A stretch of DNA of 64,000 nucleotides. Origin: an uncultured delta proteobacterium (GTDB lineage Bacteria > Desulfobacterota > Desulfobacteria > Desulfobacterales > B30-G6). A program made the translations under genes and the position numbers. The notes beneath the pieces are model-generated. The model searched no databases. It was not told where the DNA came from and saw only the letters and a list, made by a program, of their open reading frames with translations. Position 1 is the first letter of the stretch. Every line of letters starts with the position of its first letter. Below are positions 19,686 through 29,248 of the stretch, one piece after another. The stretch spans positions 5,423 to 69,422 of the forward strand of contig CAWJIL010000017.1 in the NCBI GenBank assembly GCA_963842925.1, in the 5' to 3' direction.

Positions 19686-19853
19686 GGTATTCTCCCTCCC
19701 TTTAACATAAGACGCGTATTGAAAAGAGCTGTTTACTGCTTAGGCGGTCTCCGATCTATATCACCGACCTGAGTTTGAAAACAACGGTCCTATCATTTCG
19801 CTATTTACCATGAAAAAAACGCGATCAAATATCTTTTCAATAACTTATCATTT

Positions 19854-20249
19854 TCAATCAGAAATTGCTTTTCTGATTGTAGTAATCAGTTCTTCAAAAT
19901 CACATGGTTTTGAAATATAGGCAAAAGCACCGTATTTCATTCCTTCCTGCGTTGTATGCTCCGACTCATGGCCGGTGAGTATGATGACTTCCATTTTAGA
20001 ATACATTTTTTTAAATATTTTGAGTACTTCCAAGCCGTCCATATCTTCCATTTTTAAATCTAAAATAGCCACATCAAAATCCACTTTGCGAAGCGCCTGA
20101 ATGCCTTCTGCTCCGCTGAAAGCCTTTGTGACATCAATGTTTCTTTTGTTCAATCTTTTAAAAAGCACATCAACAAAACGTTTCTCGTCATCTACAAGAA
20201 GAAGTTTGGTTTTCTTTTGGATTAATTTTTCGTTTTCCCGCATCATCAT
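19854..20249 (-). CDS. Single-domain response regulator (131 aa)
   Basis: LLLVDDEKR, AILDLKMEDMDG, ILTGHES and YISKP. ATGA-type overlap with the kinase gene. Confidence 0.9.
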   Translation of the reverse strand: MMMRENEKLIQKKTKLLLVDDEKRFVDVLFKRLNKRNIDVTKAFSGAEGIQALRKVDFDVAILDLKMEDMDGLEVLKIFKKMYSKMEVIILTGHESEHTTQEGMKYGAFAYISKPCDFEELITTIRKAISD

Positions 20250-21988
20250 TCTCCCGAATTTGCCGGTGTCTCTGCTGGTAGATCTTCAGCTTTTGGTTTT
20301 ATGGGATTCTTCAGAGGAAAGCAGATATCAAACCGGGTTCCCACATCAACGGTACTGTGTACATCAATTTCACCACCCATTTTTTTTATAATTCCAAAAC
20401 AGATGGATAATCCCAGTCCATTGCCTTCTCCCACCGGCTTGGTGGTAAAAAATGGGTCGAATATTCGGTCGAGGTTGGCTTTGGGAATGCCTGGGCCGTC
20501 ATCTTCAACAACGATCAAAACATGGCGCTCTTTCAAACGGGTGGTGATATCGAGTTTCCCACCCTTTTTTTTCAAGGCATACAGTGCATTATTGATAAGA
20601 TTCAGAAGGACCTGTTGAATTTCGGTCTGAGATCCATAAACGGGGGGCACTGTTTTATCCAGATCTGTGTTAATTGAAATTCCAGTATAAGATGCTTTGT
20701 CGGAAATCGCGACAACCTCTTCAATCATTTCGTTTATCCGAACACTCTGCATTTGCATGTCTGTTTTTCTGGCAAAACTTAATAACTTGTGGGTGATTTC
20801 TTTACAGCGTTTCCCCTGGTTGTTAATTTGTTTCAGTGCACGGTTGATCTCTTGTAGATTTTTTCCCTTTTGAAATTCCTCTTCCTCGAGCAAGTCCTCT
20901 ATCCATCCCGCCTCTTGAACCATAATGGCAACCGGGTTGTTTATCTCATGTGCGGTTCCGGCCGCTAAACGGCCCACGGACGCCAATTTTCCGGTTTCGA
21001 TTATCTGCCGATTCATCATCTCCTTTTCTCGGTCCACTTCTGAAAGGTGTTTGATCACTTTGTGAAACAGTATCGAGTTCATAATCACAATGAACAATGC
21101 CCCGACAAAAAGAATCACAGCCGCAATAATTTGAGTGCGTATCAAGTCTGAAAAGGCTTCCTTCTTTTCCTGCTGGTAGACCAGAATCCAATCCTCGTTT
21201 TTTATAAGGGCTGCCAGGTATAGGGTGTAATCCCGGTCGGCATTATCCTTAAGCTCACCAATGTATATCCCGTTCTTTTCTTTTTTGCCCGCACGTATAA
21301 AATCCATATAGGATTTATTGCTTGGCAACATATCGTAATGCGGTTTGGTCTGAAAATCCCCTTCCCTGTTCAGAATAAAGACAAACCCGGTTTTGCCGAT
21401 ACGAAGATTTTCTGCAAAGGAATTGAATGCTTCAAAACTGATGGTGGCCCTCAGTAAAAAAAGTCTGCCTTGATATATCCGTTTCACAGATACGATGAAA
21501 TGAGGTATGGAACGGAGGCCGAGAAAAACATCGCTGATATAGTAAGGCTTTTCAAGCGCCTCATTGAACCATTTCGCTTCGGAATACTTTGCTTTTTCAA
21601 GCTTGAAACGCCCGGCATAGGATTCCTGCACACCTGCTTCATTAATGACCCCCAAGTCTTCGAATACGCCACCATATTTTTGTTGAAGTTGAAACAACTT
21701 CTCTTGCAGAACGGATTCATCAAGAAGGTTTTCATTCTCGCAAGAATCCAATAGGAATTGAAGGTTGTTTAGTCTTTCATCCAGGAAGCTATCGATATCT
21801 TGAGCGTGGCGATAAACCAGTTCTTGCAGGTAGGCATATAGCTTCTCATTGTAAGAGATGCTGAATTGATGCAGAACCATACCGCTAACCAGGAGCATGG
21901 GTACAAATGATAAAATGATAACAAATAACACCATGTTTCTGGTAAACTTTGTACTTTTTTGCTTTTTTAATTTTCTATCTTGAACCAT
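20246..21988 (-). CDS. Membrane sensor histidine kinase with a Cache-like domain (580 aa), paralog of 13031-14812
   Basis: Same architecture: H-box AAGTAHEINNPVA, N-box LLNLINNALYA, G1 VEDDGPGI and G2 GNGLGLSI. Confidence 0.93.
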   Translation of the reverse strand: MVQDRKLKKQKSTKFTRNMVLFVIILSFVPMLLVSGMVLHQFSISYNEKLYAYLQELVYRHAQDIDSFLDERLNNLQFLLDSCENENLLDESVLQEKLFQLQQKYGGVFEDLGVINEAGVQESYAGRFKLEKAKYSEAKWFNEALEKPYYISDVFLGLRSIPHFIVSVKRIYQGRLFLLRATISFEAFNSFAENLRIGKTGFVFILNREGDFQTKPHYDMLPSNKSYMDFIRAGKKEKNGIYIGELKDNADRDYTLYLAALIKNEDWILVYQQEKKEAFSDLIRTQIIAAVILFVGALFIVIMNSILFHKVIKHLSEVDREKEMMNRQIIETGKLASVGRLAAGTAHEINNPVAIMVQEAGWIEDLLEEEEFQKGKNLQEINRALKQINNQGKRCKEITHKLLSFARKTDMQMQSVRINEMIEEVVAISDKASYTGISINTDLDKTVPPVYGSQTEIQQVLLNLINNALYALKKKGGKLDITTRLKERHVLIVVEDDGPGIPKANLDRIFDPFFTTKPVGEGNGLGLSICFGIIKKMGGEIDVHSTVDVGTRFDICFPLKNPIKPKAEDLPAETPANSGE

Positions 21989-22054
21989 AACAACCTTTCA
22001 GAAAGCCTGAAAATTATTAAAAAGATATCTTTCATGGATAGGTATTAGAAAAAA

Positions 22055-22489
22055 CTATGGTTCATATTTTTGCAAGATTTTTTTGCTCTTAGCATCCGCT
22101 ATCTTTTCATCATGCACCCTTTTATTCTTGGTGGCTTCCTCCACCTTACTGACAATCTCTTCAATATCACACGGTTTCGTTAAAAAATCATAAGCTCCCA
22201 GCTTCATTCCATCAATTGCCGATTCCATCGTGGCATAACCGGTCAGCATAATGACCTCTATTAGGGGAGACATTTTTTTAATTTCCTTCAGCGCCGCTAT
22301 TCCATCCATTCCCGGCATCTTGACATCCAGGACAATGACATCGAGGTTTTGATTCGTTTTTAGCTTTTCCAGACCTTCTTCTGCACTGAAGGCCACAATG
22401 ATATCAATGTTCCTTGTAGCCAAACGCTTGGCCATGGTTTCCACAAAAGAGACTTCATCATCAACTAGCATAATGAATGGCGCGGTCAT
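22055..22489 (-). CDS. Response regulator (144 aa), member of a three-copy paralog family
   Basis: MTAPFIMLVDDEVSFVETMAKRLA..., VLDVKMPGMDG, MLTGYAT and FLTKP. Confidence 0.92.
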   Translation of the reverse strand: MTAPFIMLVDDEVSFVETMAKRLATRNIDIIVAFSAEEGLEKLKTNQNLDVIVLDVKMPGMDGIAALKEIKKMSPLIEVIMLTGYATMESAIDGMKLGAYDFLTKPCDIEEIVSKVEEATKNKRVHDEKIADAKSKKILQKYEP

Positions 22490-22521
22490 AAAAATCCCTC
22501 CTTTCCATCGCGTTCCAATAT

Positions 22522-22968
22522 TTATGTGTAATAGAATGGTCCATACTTTGCCAAGGTTTCTTGTTTTAAGGCTTCCTTTATCTTTTCTTCATGTGCTCGT
22601 TTTTTCTTAGCAGCTTCATCCATTTTGATGACAAGTTCTTCAATATCAAATGGTTTCATTAGAAAATCATAAGCCCCCAGTTTCAGGGCATCGATTGCCA
22701 ATTCTATTGTGGCATGCCCGGTCAGCATAATGACCTCTATCATGGGTGATACAGATTTTATTTTCTTCAGCGCCTCGATTCCGTCCATGCCCGGCATCTT
22801 GATATCCAAAATAATGACATCAAGGTCCTGATTCGTTTTTAGTTTTTCCAGGCCTTGTTCCGCGCTGAAGGCCATAATTGTCTTTATGCTTCTTTTCTCC
22901 AGCCGCTTGGCCATGGTTTCTACAAAAGGAACTTCATCATCAACCAGCATAATGAATGGCGATGCCAT
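22522..22968 (-). CDS. Response regulator (148 aa), same paralog family
   Basis: MASPFIMLVDDEVPFVETMAKRLE..., ILDIKMPGMDG, MLTGHAT and FLMKP. Confidence 0.92.
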   Translation of the reverse strand: MASPFIMLVDDEVPFVETMAKRLEKRSIKTIMAFSAEQGLEKLKTNQDLDVIILDIKMPGMDGIEALKKIKSVSPMIEVIMLTGHATIELAIDALKLGAYDFLMKPFDIEELVIKMDEAAKKKRAHEEKIKEALKQETLAKYGPFYYT

Positions 22969-23024
22969 GGTTATACCTCCTTACTGCCGCTCTCCTATAA
23001 ATTTACTCTCAATAATTTGTGATA

Positions 23025-23039
23025 GCAACTCAAATGCCA
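23025..23039 (-). promoter_or_regulatory. Sigma-54 (-24/-12) promoter
   Basis: The minus strand reads TTGGCAT-TTGAG-TTGCT, with exact GG-N10-GC spacing. It lies 57 nt upstream of the ATG at 22968 and only 5 nt after the ClC stop codon. Confidence 0.75.
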
Positions 23040-23043
23040 ACGT

Positions 23044-24807
23044 TTAAATAATGGCTTTCTTAATCACAGCCTGATCGTAAGCTTCCAGAATATCCCTGCG
23101 CGTCAGGATACCTAACAGTTTTAAGGGGTCATCCGCTGAGACGACAGGAAGGATAGAGAAATCCCCCGCAGTGATTTTTTCCATGGCCGTGCCGAGATTG
23201 TCTTCTATGGAAACGGTAACCACCTCCGGAGTCATGATATCTTTTACGGTCATCTGACCATCTAATTTTCCATTGAATAAGTTGTCATAATAGTCAAGAA
23301 ATGTGAGTATCCCTGTAATTTGTTCTTTATCATTCACAATCACGAAATTGTTCGATCTGCTTTGGGGCAGTCCTTTTGCAAATTCTTTCAGGTGCAAATT
23401 CTCCGGAATTATTTCTACCGTATGATACATTACATTTTTTACAGGCATTGAAGTTAATATATTGACTTCCTTGCCACCCCTGATGTTTATCCCTCTTCTG
23501 ATCAATTTAAAAGTATAGATAGATTCACCGCATAGCTTTCTTGCAACCAGCGTGCTGATAATACATGTAATCATCAGTGGAAGGATTATTTTATAGTCCC
23601 CGGTCATCTCAAATATGATCAATATGGCCTGTAACGGACCATGGGTGGTGGCGGCCACAACCGCCCCCATACCGACGACAGCGTATGCCCCAGCCGATAC
23701 CGCCACTGATGGAAAGAGACTGTGAACAACAGATCCAAAAGCACCCCCTGCCATAGCGCCCATGAAAAGTGAAGGAGCGAAAATTCCGCCGGAACCACCT
23801 GATCCGATCGTAATGGAGGTAGCCAGAATTTTAAATAGAACCAGCAGCGCCATAAACCACCAGGACAGCTTTACCATGAGAGCTAGGTCAATAGCGCCGT
23901 AACCGACACCTAATACCTGTGGGAAAACGAGTCCCATGCTTCCCATGATCAATCCCCCTATAACAGCCTTTAAATATTCTGGAAACTTAATGCTGTCCCA
24001 GGCATCTTCGGCACGATAGAGAAATAGAGTAAAACCTACAGCAACCAGAGCACAAATAATACCCAAAATAGCATACAATGGAAATTCCATAGGGCTGTGT
24101 AAAATGTATTGCGGAAGAATAAATGCAGGTAAATTCCCAAGGTAATGACGAGAAATCGCTGTGGCCGAAACAGCGGAGATAATGATGGGGCTGAAACTGG
24201 CGATTTCAAATTCGCCAAGAATAATTTCAATTGCAAAAAGGGAACCGGCAATAGGGGCGTTGAAAGTGGCTGCAATGCCGGCTGCAGCGCCGCAACCAAC
24301 CATAGTTCTAATTCGATTGCCGGATACGTTAAACAGTTGTCCAAGAGATGAACCGACCGCGGAGCCTATTTGAACGATGGGGCCTTCTCGTCCAACCGAG
24401 CCGCCGGTTCCAATACATACGGCAGACACCAATGCCTTGATAAAAACGATGCGTTTTCTTATGATTCCTTGTTTCAGGGCAACGGCATACATGACCTCCG
24501 GAACGCCGTGACCCTTGGCTTCTCTGGCGAAAAAATAGACAATGGGACCAACGATCAACCCGCCGATGGCAGGAATAGCAATCCTCATATACCATGGGAC
24601 CGATCGGATCACACCAAGGAGTTCATCCGATGATCCATACGAAATAGACTGGATAAAGTTTATGAGATAGCGAAATCCAACCGCTCCATAACCACCCGCC
24701 ACCCCCACCATAATACCCAATACAACCATAATCGTATGTTCATCTGAAAGCAAAGACCTGAGTGTTGAATGCGAAGCCTGGCTTTTTGAAGAATTTTTAT
24801 TGTCCAT
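23044..24807 (-). CDS. ClC-family chloride channel / H+-Cl- antiporter with a C-terminal CBS pair (587 aa)
   Basis: GSVGREGPIVQIGSA, GSGGSGGIFAPSLFMGA, and a C-terminal tandem CBS region. Confidence 0.92.
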   Translation of the reverse strand: MDNKNSSKSQASHSTLRSLLSDEHTIMVVLGIMVGVAGGYGAVGFRYLINFIQSISYGSSDELLGVIRSVPWYMRIAIPAIGGLIVGPIVYFFAREAKGHGVPEVMYAVALKQGIIRKRIVFIKALVSAVCIGTGGSVGREGPIVQIGSAVGSSLGQLFNVSGNRIRTMVGCGAAAGIAATFNAPIAGSLFAIEIILGEFEIASFSPIIISAVSATAISRHYLGNLPAFILPQYILHSPMEFPLYAILGIICALVAVGFTLFLYRAEDAWDSIKFPEYLKAVIGGLIMGSMGLVFPQVLGVGYGAIDLALMVKLSWWFMALLVLFKILATSITIGSGGSGGIFAPSLFMGAMAGGAFGSVVHSLFPSVAVSAGAYAVVGMGAVVAATTHGPLQAILIIFEMTGDYKIILPLMITCIISTLVARKLCGESIYTFKLIRRGINIRGGKEVNILTSMPVKNVMYHTVEIIPENLHLKEFAKGLPQSRSNNFVIVNDKEQITGILTFLDYYDNLFNGKLDGQMTVKDIMTPEVVTVSIEDNLGTAMEKITAGDFSILPVVSADDPLKLLGILTRRDILEAYDQAVIKKAII

Positions 24808-24868
24808 ATTTTTTGTTTTACCTTACGAACCCAATGGGGTCTGAAACGTTATGAGAGAAAAGCGATAT

Positions 24869-25879
24869 TCATCTGGTTTTGCCGGGGTCCACCTTGCCTT
24901 CCTTCCTTGCAGCAATCTGCATGGTCTTCAGGCGAAGGCAGATAAAATCGAAAATATCTGTCAGACGCACGACTCCTGCGATATCAGAGCCACTCGTTAC
25001 CAGCAGGGAATGATGTTTGCCGACAATTAGTTGATGAATGGTTTCATTCATGCTTGCCGATATTTTGATGTATTCGCCAGCGGTGGGTTTATACATGAAC
25101 GATTTGACTTTTTGCTCGAGCGCTTTTTTGTATAGATTCTGCAAAGGTTTATCCCAGGTGTCGTATTGCAGCGAAACGGACTCTATGAACTTCCGGCCGA
25201 ATCCTAAATGGTCAAGGGCGCCCTTTCTTCGCTCTGTCGCTTCTTTATGCCTGGGTTCCAAAGCCATAATGATATCGTGCTGACTCAGCTTACCCACCAC
25301 ACGCTTTTCCTTATCAAGCACGATTACTGCCCTGTGGCGGTAGCGGTTTGGGTCAAATGCCTTCTGGGCATCTTCTAAAGCTTTGATCGCTTCAAGTATG
25401 TTGGAATCTTCGGAAACAGTCGCATACTCTGAAAGTGGAACCATTAATTCTTGTAAGGTTGAGGTCTTCATAAAGCTTTTCCAGGCATCTATCTTTTCCT
25501 CATGAGCCCGTTTCTTCTTGGTCGCCTCTTCCACTTTACTGACAAGCTCTTCAATATCACACGGTTTCTTTAGAAAATCATAAGCTCCCAATTTCATACC
25601 ATCAATGGCCGATTCTATTGTGGCATGCCCGGTCAGCATAATGATCTCTGTAAGGGGGGATATTTCTTTAATTTCCTTGAGCGCCGCTATCCCGTCCATA
25701 CCCGGCATCTTGACATCCAGGACAATGACATCGAGGTTTGGATTTGTTTTCAGTTTTTCCAGGCCTTCTTCGGCGCTGAAGGTTTTGATTGCCTTAATAT
25801 CTCTTTTAGCCAGCCGCTTGGCCATGGTTTCCACAAAAGAAACTTCATCATCTACCAACATAATGAATGGCGCTGTCAT
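24869..25879 (-). CDS. Response regulator fused to a CBS-domain pair (REC-CBS-CBS, 336 aa)
   Basis: The N-terminus is ~85% identical to the 22055-22489 product. The C-terminal half has CBS-type segments (VMVPLSEYATVSEDSNILEAI...RHRAVIVLDKEKRVVGKLS...LLVTSGSDIAGVVRLTDIF). The start is at the internal MTAPF with a GGAGG RBS, not at ORF start 26026. Confidence 0.88.
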   Translation of the reverse strand: MTAPFIMLVDDEVSFVETMAKRLAKRDIKAIKTFSAEEGLEKLKTNPNLDVIVLDVKMPGMDGIAALKEIKEISPLTEIIMLTGHATIESAIDGMKLGAYDFLKKPCDIEELVSKVEEATKKKRAHEEKIDAWKSFMKTSTLQELMVPLSEYATVSEDSNILEAIKALEDAQKAFDPNRYRHRAVIVLDKEKRVVGKLSQHDIIMALEPRHKEATERRKGALDHLGFGRKFIESVSLQYDTWDKPLQNLYKKALEQKVKSFMYKPTAGEYIKISASMNETIHQLIVGKHHSLLVTSGSDIAGVVRLTDIFDFICLRLKTMQIAARKEGKVDPGKTR

Positions 25880-25929
25880 ACTTACACCTCCATCTTTCGG
25901 ATTATCTAAAAAACCACTATTTAGTAAGG

Positions 25930-27528
25930 TTATTTGGTAGCACTTTGCAGTACCTGTGTCGCCTGCTCGAGAATCCCTTCCGGAAAACCAACGATGGGAT
26001 AGATCACAAGAAAACCGATGATCCACAGCAACAGCATGGACAGGATAAAAAATCCAAAACCGTATTTTACGAAATCAATCGCTTCAAGGGCTCTCTTGTT
26101 TGTATCCGGATAAACACCCAGGGCAAATGTCAACGCATTGGCGGGAGAGCCCACGATAAGAAAGTGGGCATACGAAGACGCCAAGGCTACGGCCATGCCG
26201 ATGGCCCAGGGCTCGCCGGCGACCTGGGTCATAATCCCCATGGGAACCACAATGGGGCCGATAAGGGCCACGGTTGCGGCATCGGACATAAAGTTGGTAA
26301 CAAGCCCCGAAAAGCCGGACATCCCGACCCACAACCCGTAACCTTTATCCATACCAACCTGTGAAAGTCCGTTTAGAAAGGTTTTGGCAAGCCACAGGGC
26401 TCCGCCACTTTCCTTGAGAAGCGCCCCCAGGGTCAATGCGCCACAATACATGAACCAGGCGTTAAAGGATATGCGCCCTAATATGTTTTCAAATTTAACA
26501 CTCTTGAACAAAACCGGAACAACCAGAGCCAGAAGCGCCGGTCCTCCCAATCCCGTTGCTTCTCCGCCAAATATCCACAGGGCGACAATACTGAAAAGCG
26601 TTAGTGCAGTAACCCACTCGGCATAACTCATCTTACCCATTTTACGGGTCTCATCTTTGATATATTGCAGCCCGGGAGTAAGATCCCGGGTCTTTATCTT
26701 TTTACTGAAGAAAGTCGCCATATAGAGCAGTAACATGGCACTGCCAAGCGGCACCAGGCCCCACCCGTATTTCATCCACCCGGAATAGGTGATGGGGATA
26801 CCATAATCGGTGAAAAAGCCCATCATAATCACGTTACGACCCCCGGCTGAAGGCGTTCCGGGTCCTCCCATATTCAAGGCAAAGCAAAGGGAAAAAAGCA
26901 GGTATTTAGCCAACGCCGGATCGTGAATCACATTTCCCTCAGGGCTGGTGGCTTTCACCGATCCAAAATAGACGGCCATCATCACCGGCACCATAAAAGA
27001 ACACATGGCAGGAGCCGACATAAATGAACCCACGATTGACATACTGAAACACAACACAATCATGGGCACCCAGAAACCCTTGGTCCACCCCAGCAACCAG
27101 ACAGCCAGCCGTTTGTGGAAACCCACCTCCACCACCGTTCCACCCAGGGCAAAGACACCCAGCATGAATAGTGGTGCATCACCGGCAAATGTTTTTCCGA
27201 TCATGTTAAAAGGAAGAAGTCCGAAAAAATAGGCCAGAATAGGCATCAAAAGACCCGTTGCACCAATGGGAAGGGCCTCCACAGCAAAAAAGATGACCGC
27301 CATGGGGACAATCCCCAGCACGATCATCGTTTTTTGGGCAGCCTCCTCGACGTTTTCGGCGATCTCCCAGTCTATCATCTTTTCGACATAACCGTATTCT
27401 TGCATCACTTCGATAAGAGAGAGAGGTGTTGGCAAAATAAAAGCAACTACAATAAAAATCCCAACACCGATACCGATCCACAGTCCTTTCTTAGCAAATA
27501 TTCCAGTCTTTTCCCCATGAGTATCCAT
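25930..27528 (-). CDS. Anion permease of the DASS (SLC13)/ArsB-NhaD superfamily (532 aa)
   Basis: About 13 TM segments with a two-fold repeat organisation and re-entrant-loop-like GGPGTPSAGGRN. The substrate cannot be inferred from sequence alone. Confidence 0.75.
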   Translation of the reverse strand: MDTHGEKTGIFAKKGLWIGIGVGIFIVVAFILPTPLSLIEVMQEYGYVEKMIDWEIAENVEEAAQKTMIVLGIVPMAVIFFAVEALPIGATGLLMPILAYFFGLLPFNMIGKTFAGDAPLFMLGVFALGGTVVEVGFHKRLAVWLLGWTKGFWVPMIVLCFSMSIVGSFMSAPAMCSFMVPVMMAVYFGSVKATSPEGNVIHDPALAKYLLFSLCFALNMGGPGTPSAGGRNVIMMGFFTDYGIPITYSGWMKYGWGLVPLGSAMLLLYMATFFSKKIKTRDLTPGLQYIKDETRKMGKMSYAEWVTALTLFSIVALWIFGGEATGLGGPALLALVVPVLFKSVKFENILGRISFNAWFMYCGALTLGALLKESGGALWLAKTFLNGLSQVGMDKGYGLWVGMSGFSGLVTNFMSDAATVALIGPIVVPMGIMTQVAGEPWAIGMAVALASSYAHFLIVGSPANALTFALGVYPDTNKRALEAIDFVKYGFGFFILSMLLLWIIGFLVIYPIVGFPEGILEQATQVLQSATK

Positions 27529-27605
27529 AAAAAAACTCCTCTATATGTATCTCATTAAAGTTTACGCTGAATTCAATCCCGCCGGCTCTAAAAGACAATC
27601 CGGAT

Positions 27606-28160
27606 TCAGGTATTGCAGGTTCTGATCCTGTCGCAAATTGTTGCAAATACATCCGACAGCCTCAATATTCCCACGACTTTCTTATCCCTGGTCACGAGTA
27701 GGGAGTGATAAGGATACACAATCAGTTGATGTATGGCCTCACCTAATGTGACATTTTCACCCACATACTCACTCTCCTCAGGAGGCTTGACAAAATCTCT
27801 CACCTTTAATTGGGTTCCTCGTTCGCAAACAAACTGTAAAGGTTCGAGCCATAGCACATTCTTTTCAAGCATGGACTTGATTAAATCCGCACTGTGCCCT
27901 AAACGAGACAGCACTTCCATTCCTTCCAATTTGCCGTAATTGGGCTCTAGTGCGATCAAGATGTCTTTCATGGTTAATTTCCCCAAAACGTTTCCACTTT
28001 TATCGAGCACCAATATGGCACGGTGCCGATGCTGCATCGGTTCAAGAGCCATTTGCGCTTTTTCCAAAGCACGGATGGCCTCTCCTAAAGTCGTCTCATA
28101 GGATACTGTTGCATAATCTTTGAGCGGCACCATCAAATCTTTTACATTTAATGTTCTCAT
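27606..28160 (-). CDS. Stand-alone CBS-pair protein (184 aa), paralog of the C-terminal half of 24869-25879
   Basis: VKDLMVPLKDYATVSYETTLGEAI...RHRAILVLDKSGNVLGKLT...LLVTRDKKVVGILRLSDVF. The start is at the internal MRTLN. Confidence 0.85.
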   Translation of the reverse strand: MRTLNVKDLMVPLKDYATVSYETTLGEAIRALEKAQMALEPMQHRHRAILVLDKSGNVLGKLTMKDILIALEPNYGKLEGMEVLSRLGHSADLIKSMLEKNVLWLEPLQFVCERGTQLKVRDFVKPPEESEYVGENVTLGEAIHQLIVYPYHSLLVTRDKKVVGILRLSDVFATICDRIRTCNT

Positions 28161-28288
28161 GTCAGGTCCCCCGCTAACGCAAATGTTTCTAAAATTAAAA
28201 CCTAACTCCGATTTATAATTTTTAAATTGGTTCCAGCCAGTTCCGCCATTGTTGTTTGCCCCAACCCATACTATCACTCTTGATCTTT

Positions 28289-28648
28289 CTACAGAATGGC
28301 TTCCCGAATGCGTTTAGAAAGCGAATCGATATCCAATGGAATCAGGAAATCATCAAAAGCACCCAGATCCATCCCTTCAATTGAAAGGTCCATGTGGTTG
28401 GGATCGTTTATGATGATAATTTTGGTCATGGGGCTGATGGCTTTGATCGGTCGGATCAGTGACAAGCCTTCCCTGCCTAAACCATCCACCCCCAGCAGGA
28501 CCAAATCGATCTTTTCTTTAGTAACGATCGTCTTGACGTCGTCCTGTTGGGTGACTTTATCAACCGTAAATCCCTCTGCTTGCAGACACTGGTATAGATT
28601 TTTACGAAAACGATTTTCGGCTTCAATGATCAAAATGTGGATGTCCAT
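28289..28648 (-). CDS. Pseudo-receiver protein (REC fold lacking the phosphoacceptor set), 119 aa
   Basis: It aligns to receivers, but the acidic pocket reads IIEAEN, the phospho-Asp position reads LVLLGVDG (Gly), and the conserved Lys position reads FLIPL. Confidence 0.75.
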   Translation of the reverse strand: MDIHILIIEAENRFRKNLYQCLQAEGFTVDKVTQQDDVKTIVTKEKIDLVLLGVDGLGREGLSLIRPIKAISPMTKIIIINDPNHMDLSIEGMDLGAFDDFLIPLDIDSLSKRIREAIL

Positions 28649-28688
28649 TGCTCTTTTCGCCTCTCTCCAATCAATGTATTGGAATTCA

Positions 28689-28703
28689 GCAAGAGGTGTG
28701 CCA
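28689..28703 (-). promoter_or_regulatory. Sigma-54 (-24/-12) promoter
   Basis: The minus strand reads TTGGCAC-ACCTC-TTGCT, about 40 nt upstream of the ATG at 28648. Confidence 0.8.
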
Positions 28704-28760
28704 ATAATAAATTATGCTACGATTACAGTTGGTTTTGATTATAACAGGAGAATAGAGGCG

Positions 28761-28816
28761 GGAAACCAAAACGAAATGAAACAAAATGAAACGAATTAAA
28801 TGCTACATAATGAAAC
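28761..28816 (-). promoter_or_regulatory. Candidate enhancer (UAS) repeats upstream of the sigma-54 promoter
   Basis: AATGAAAC occurs at 28775, 28785 (10 bp apart) and 28809, plus GGAAAC at 28761. These sit 60-125 bp upstream of the -24 element. Confidence 0.35.
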
Positions 28817-28916
28817 ATTATAGAACATTTAACGTCAATTTGTTTTAAGTCTTAAAATGAATCAACACCTATGAACACGAAAAAAAGTATGTGCCATTGC
28901 TTTCAATTAGGGCTTA

Positions 28917-29246
28917 TTACAAAATATCCCCAGGCTTGAGTGTACCTTCAATATACCGTTTCAGGGCCAACGCGCTTGTCCCAACAACTGAATCGATTAC
29001 TTCAATCCTCTTCCAGGTGAGATACTGATAATAATCATCCTCTATGCCACTGCAGATAACCGTCTGGATACCTTCCGTGATGATTAAATGGCAAAGCTGG
29101 TCTGCCGACGCCCGGGGAAGAACCATGATCCTTTTATCCCCTGAATCAGTTTTTTCAATACTGGTAATGATCTGAACTTCCGTGGCCAGATCAAATCGCG
29201 GAGCCACATCATTTTCGTGCAAAGGAATGAGAATTTTTGTAGACAT
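28917..29246 (-). CDS. NifX/NifB-C-terminal-like (dinitrogenase FeMo-cofactor-binding fold) small protein
   Basis: MSTKILIPLHENDVAPRFDLATEV...QLCHLIITEGIQTVICSGI. The start is 3 nt from the upstream bEBP stop. Confidence 0.65.
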   Translation of the reverse strand: MSTKILIPLHENDVAPRFDLATEVQIITSIEKTDSGDKRIMVLPRASADQLCHLIITEGIQTVICSGIEDDYYQYLTWKRIEVIDSVVGTSALALKRYIEGTLKPGDIL

Positions 29247-29248
29247 TA

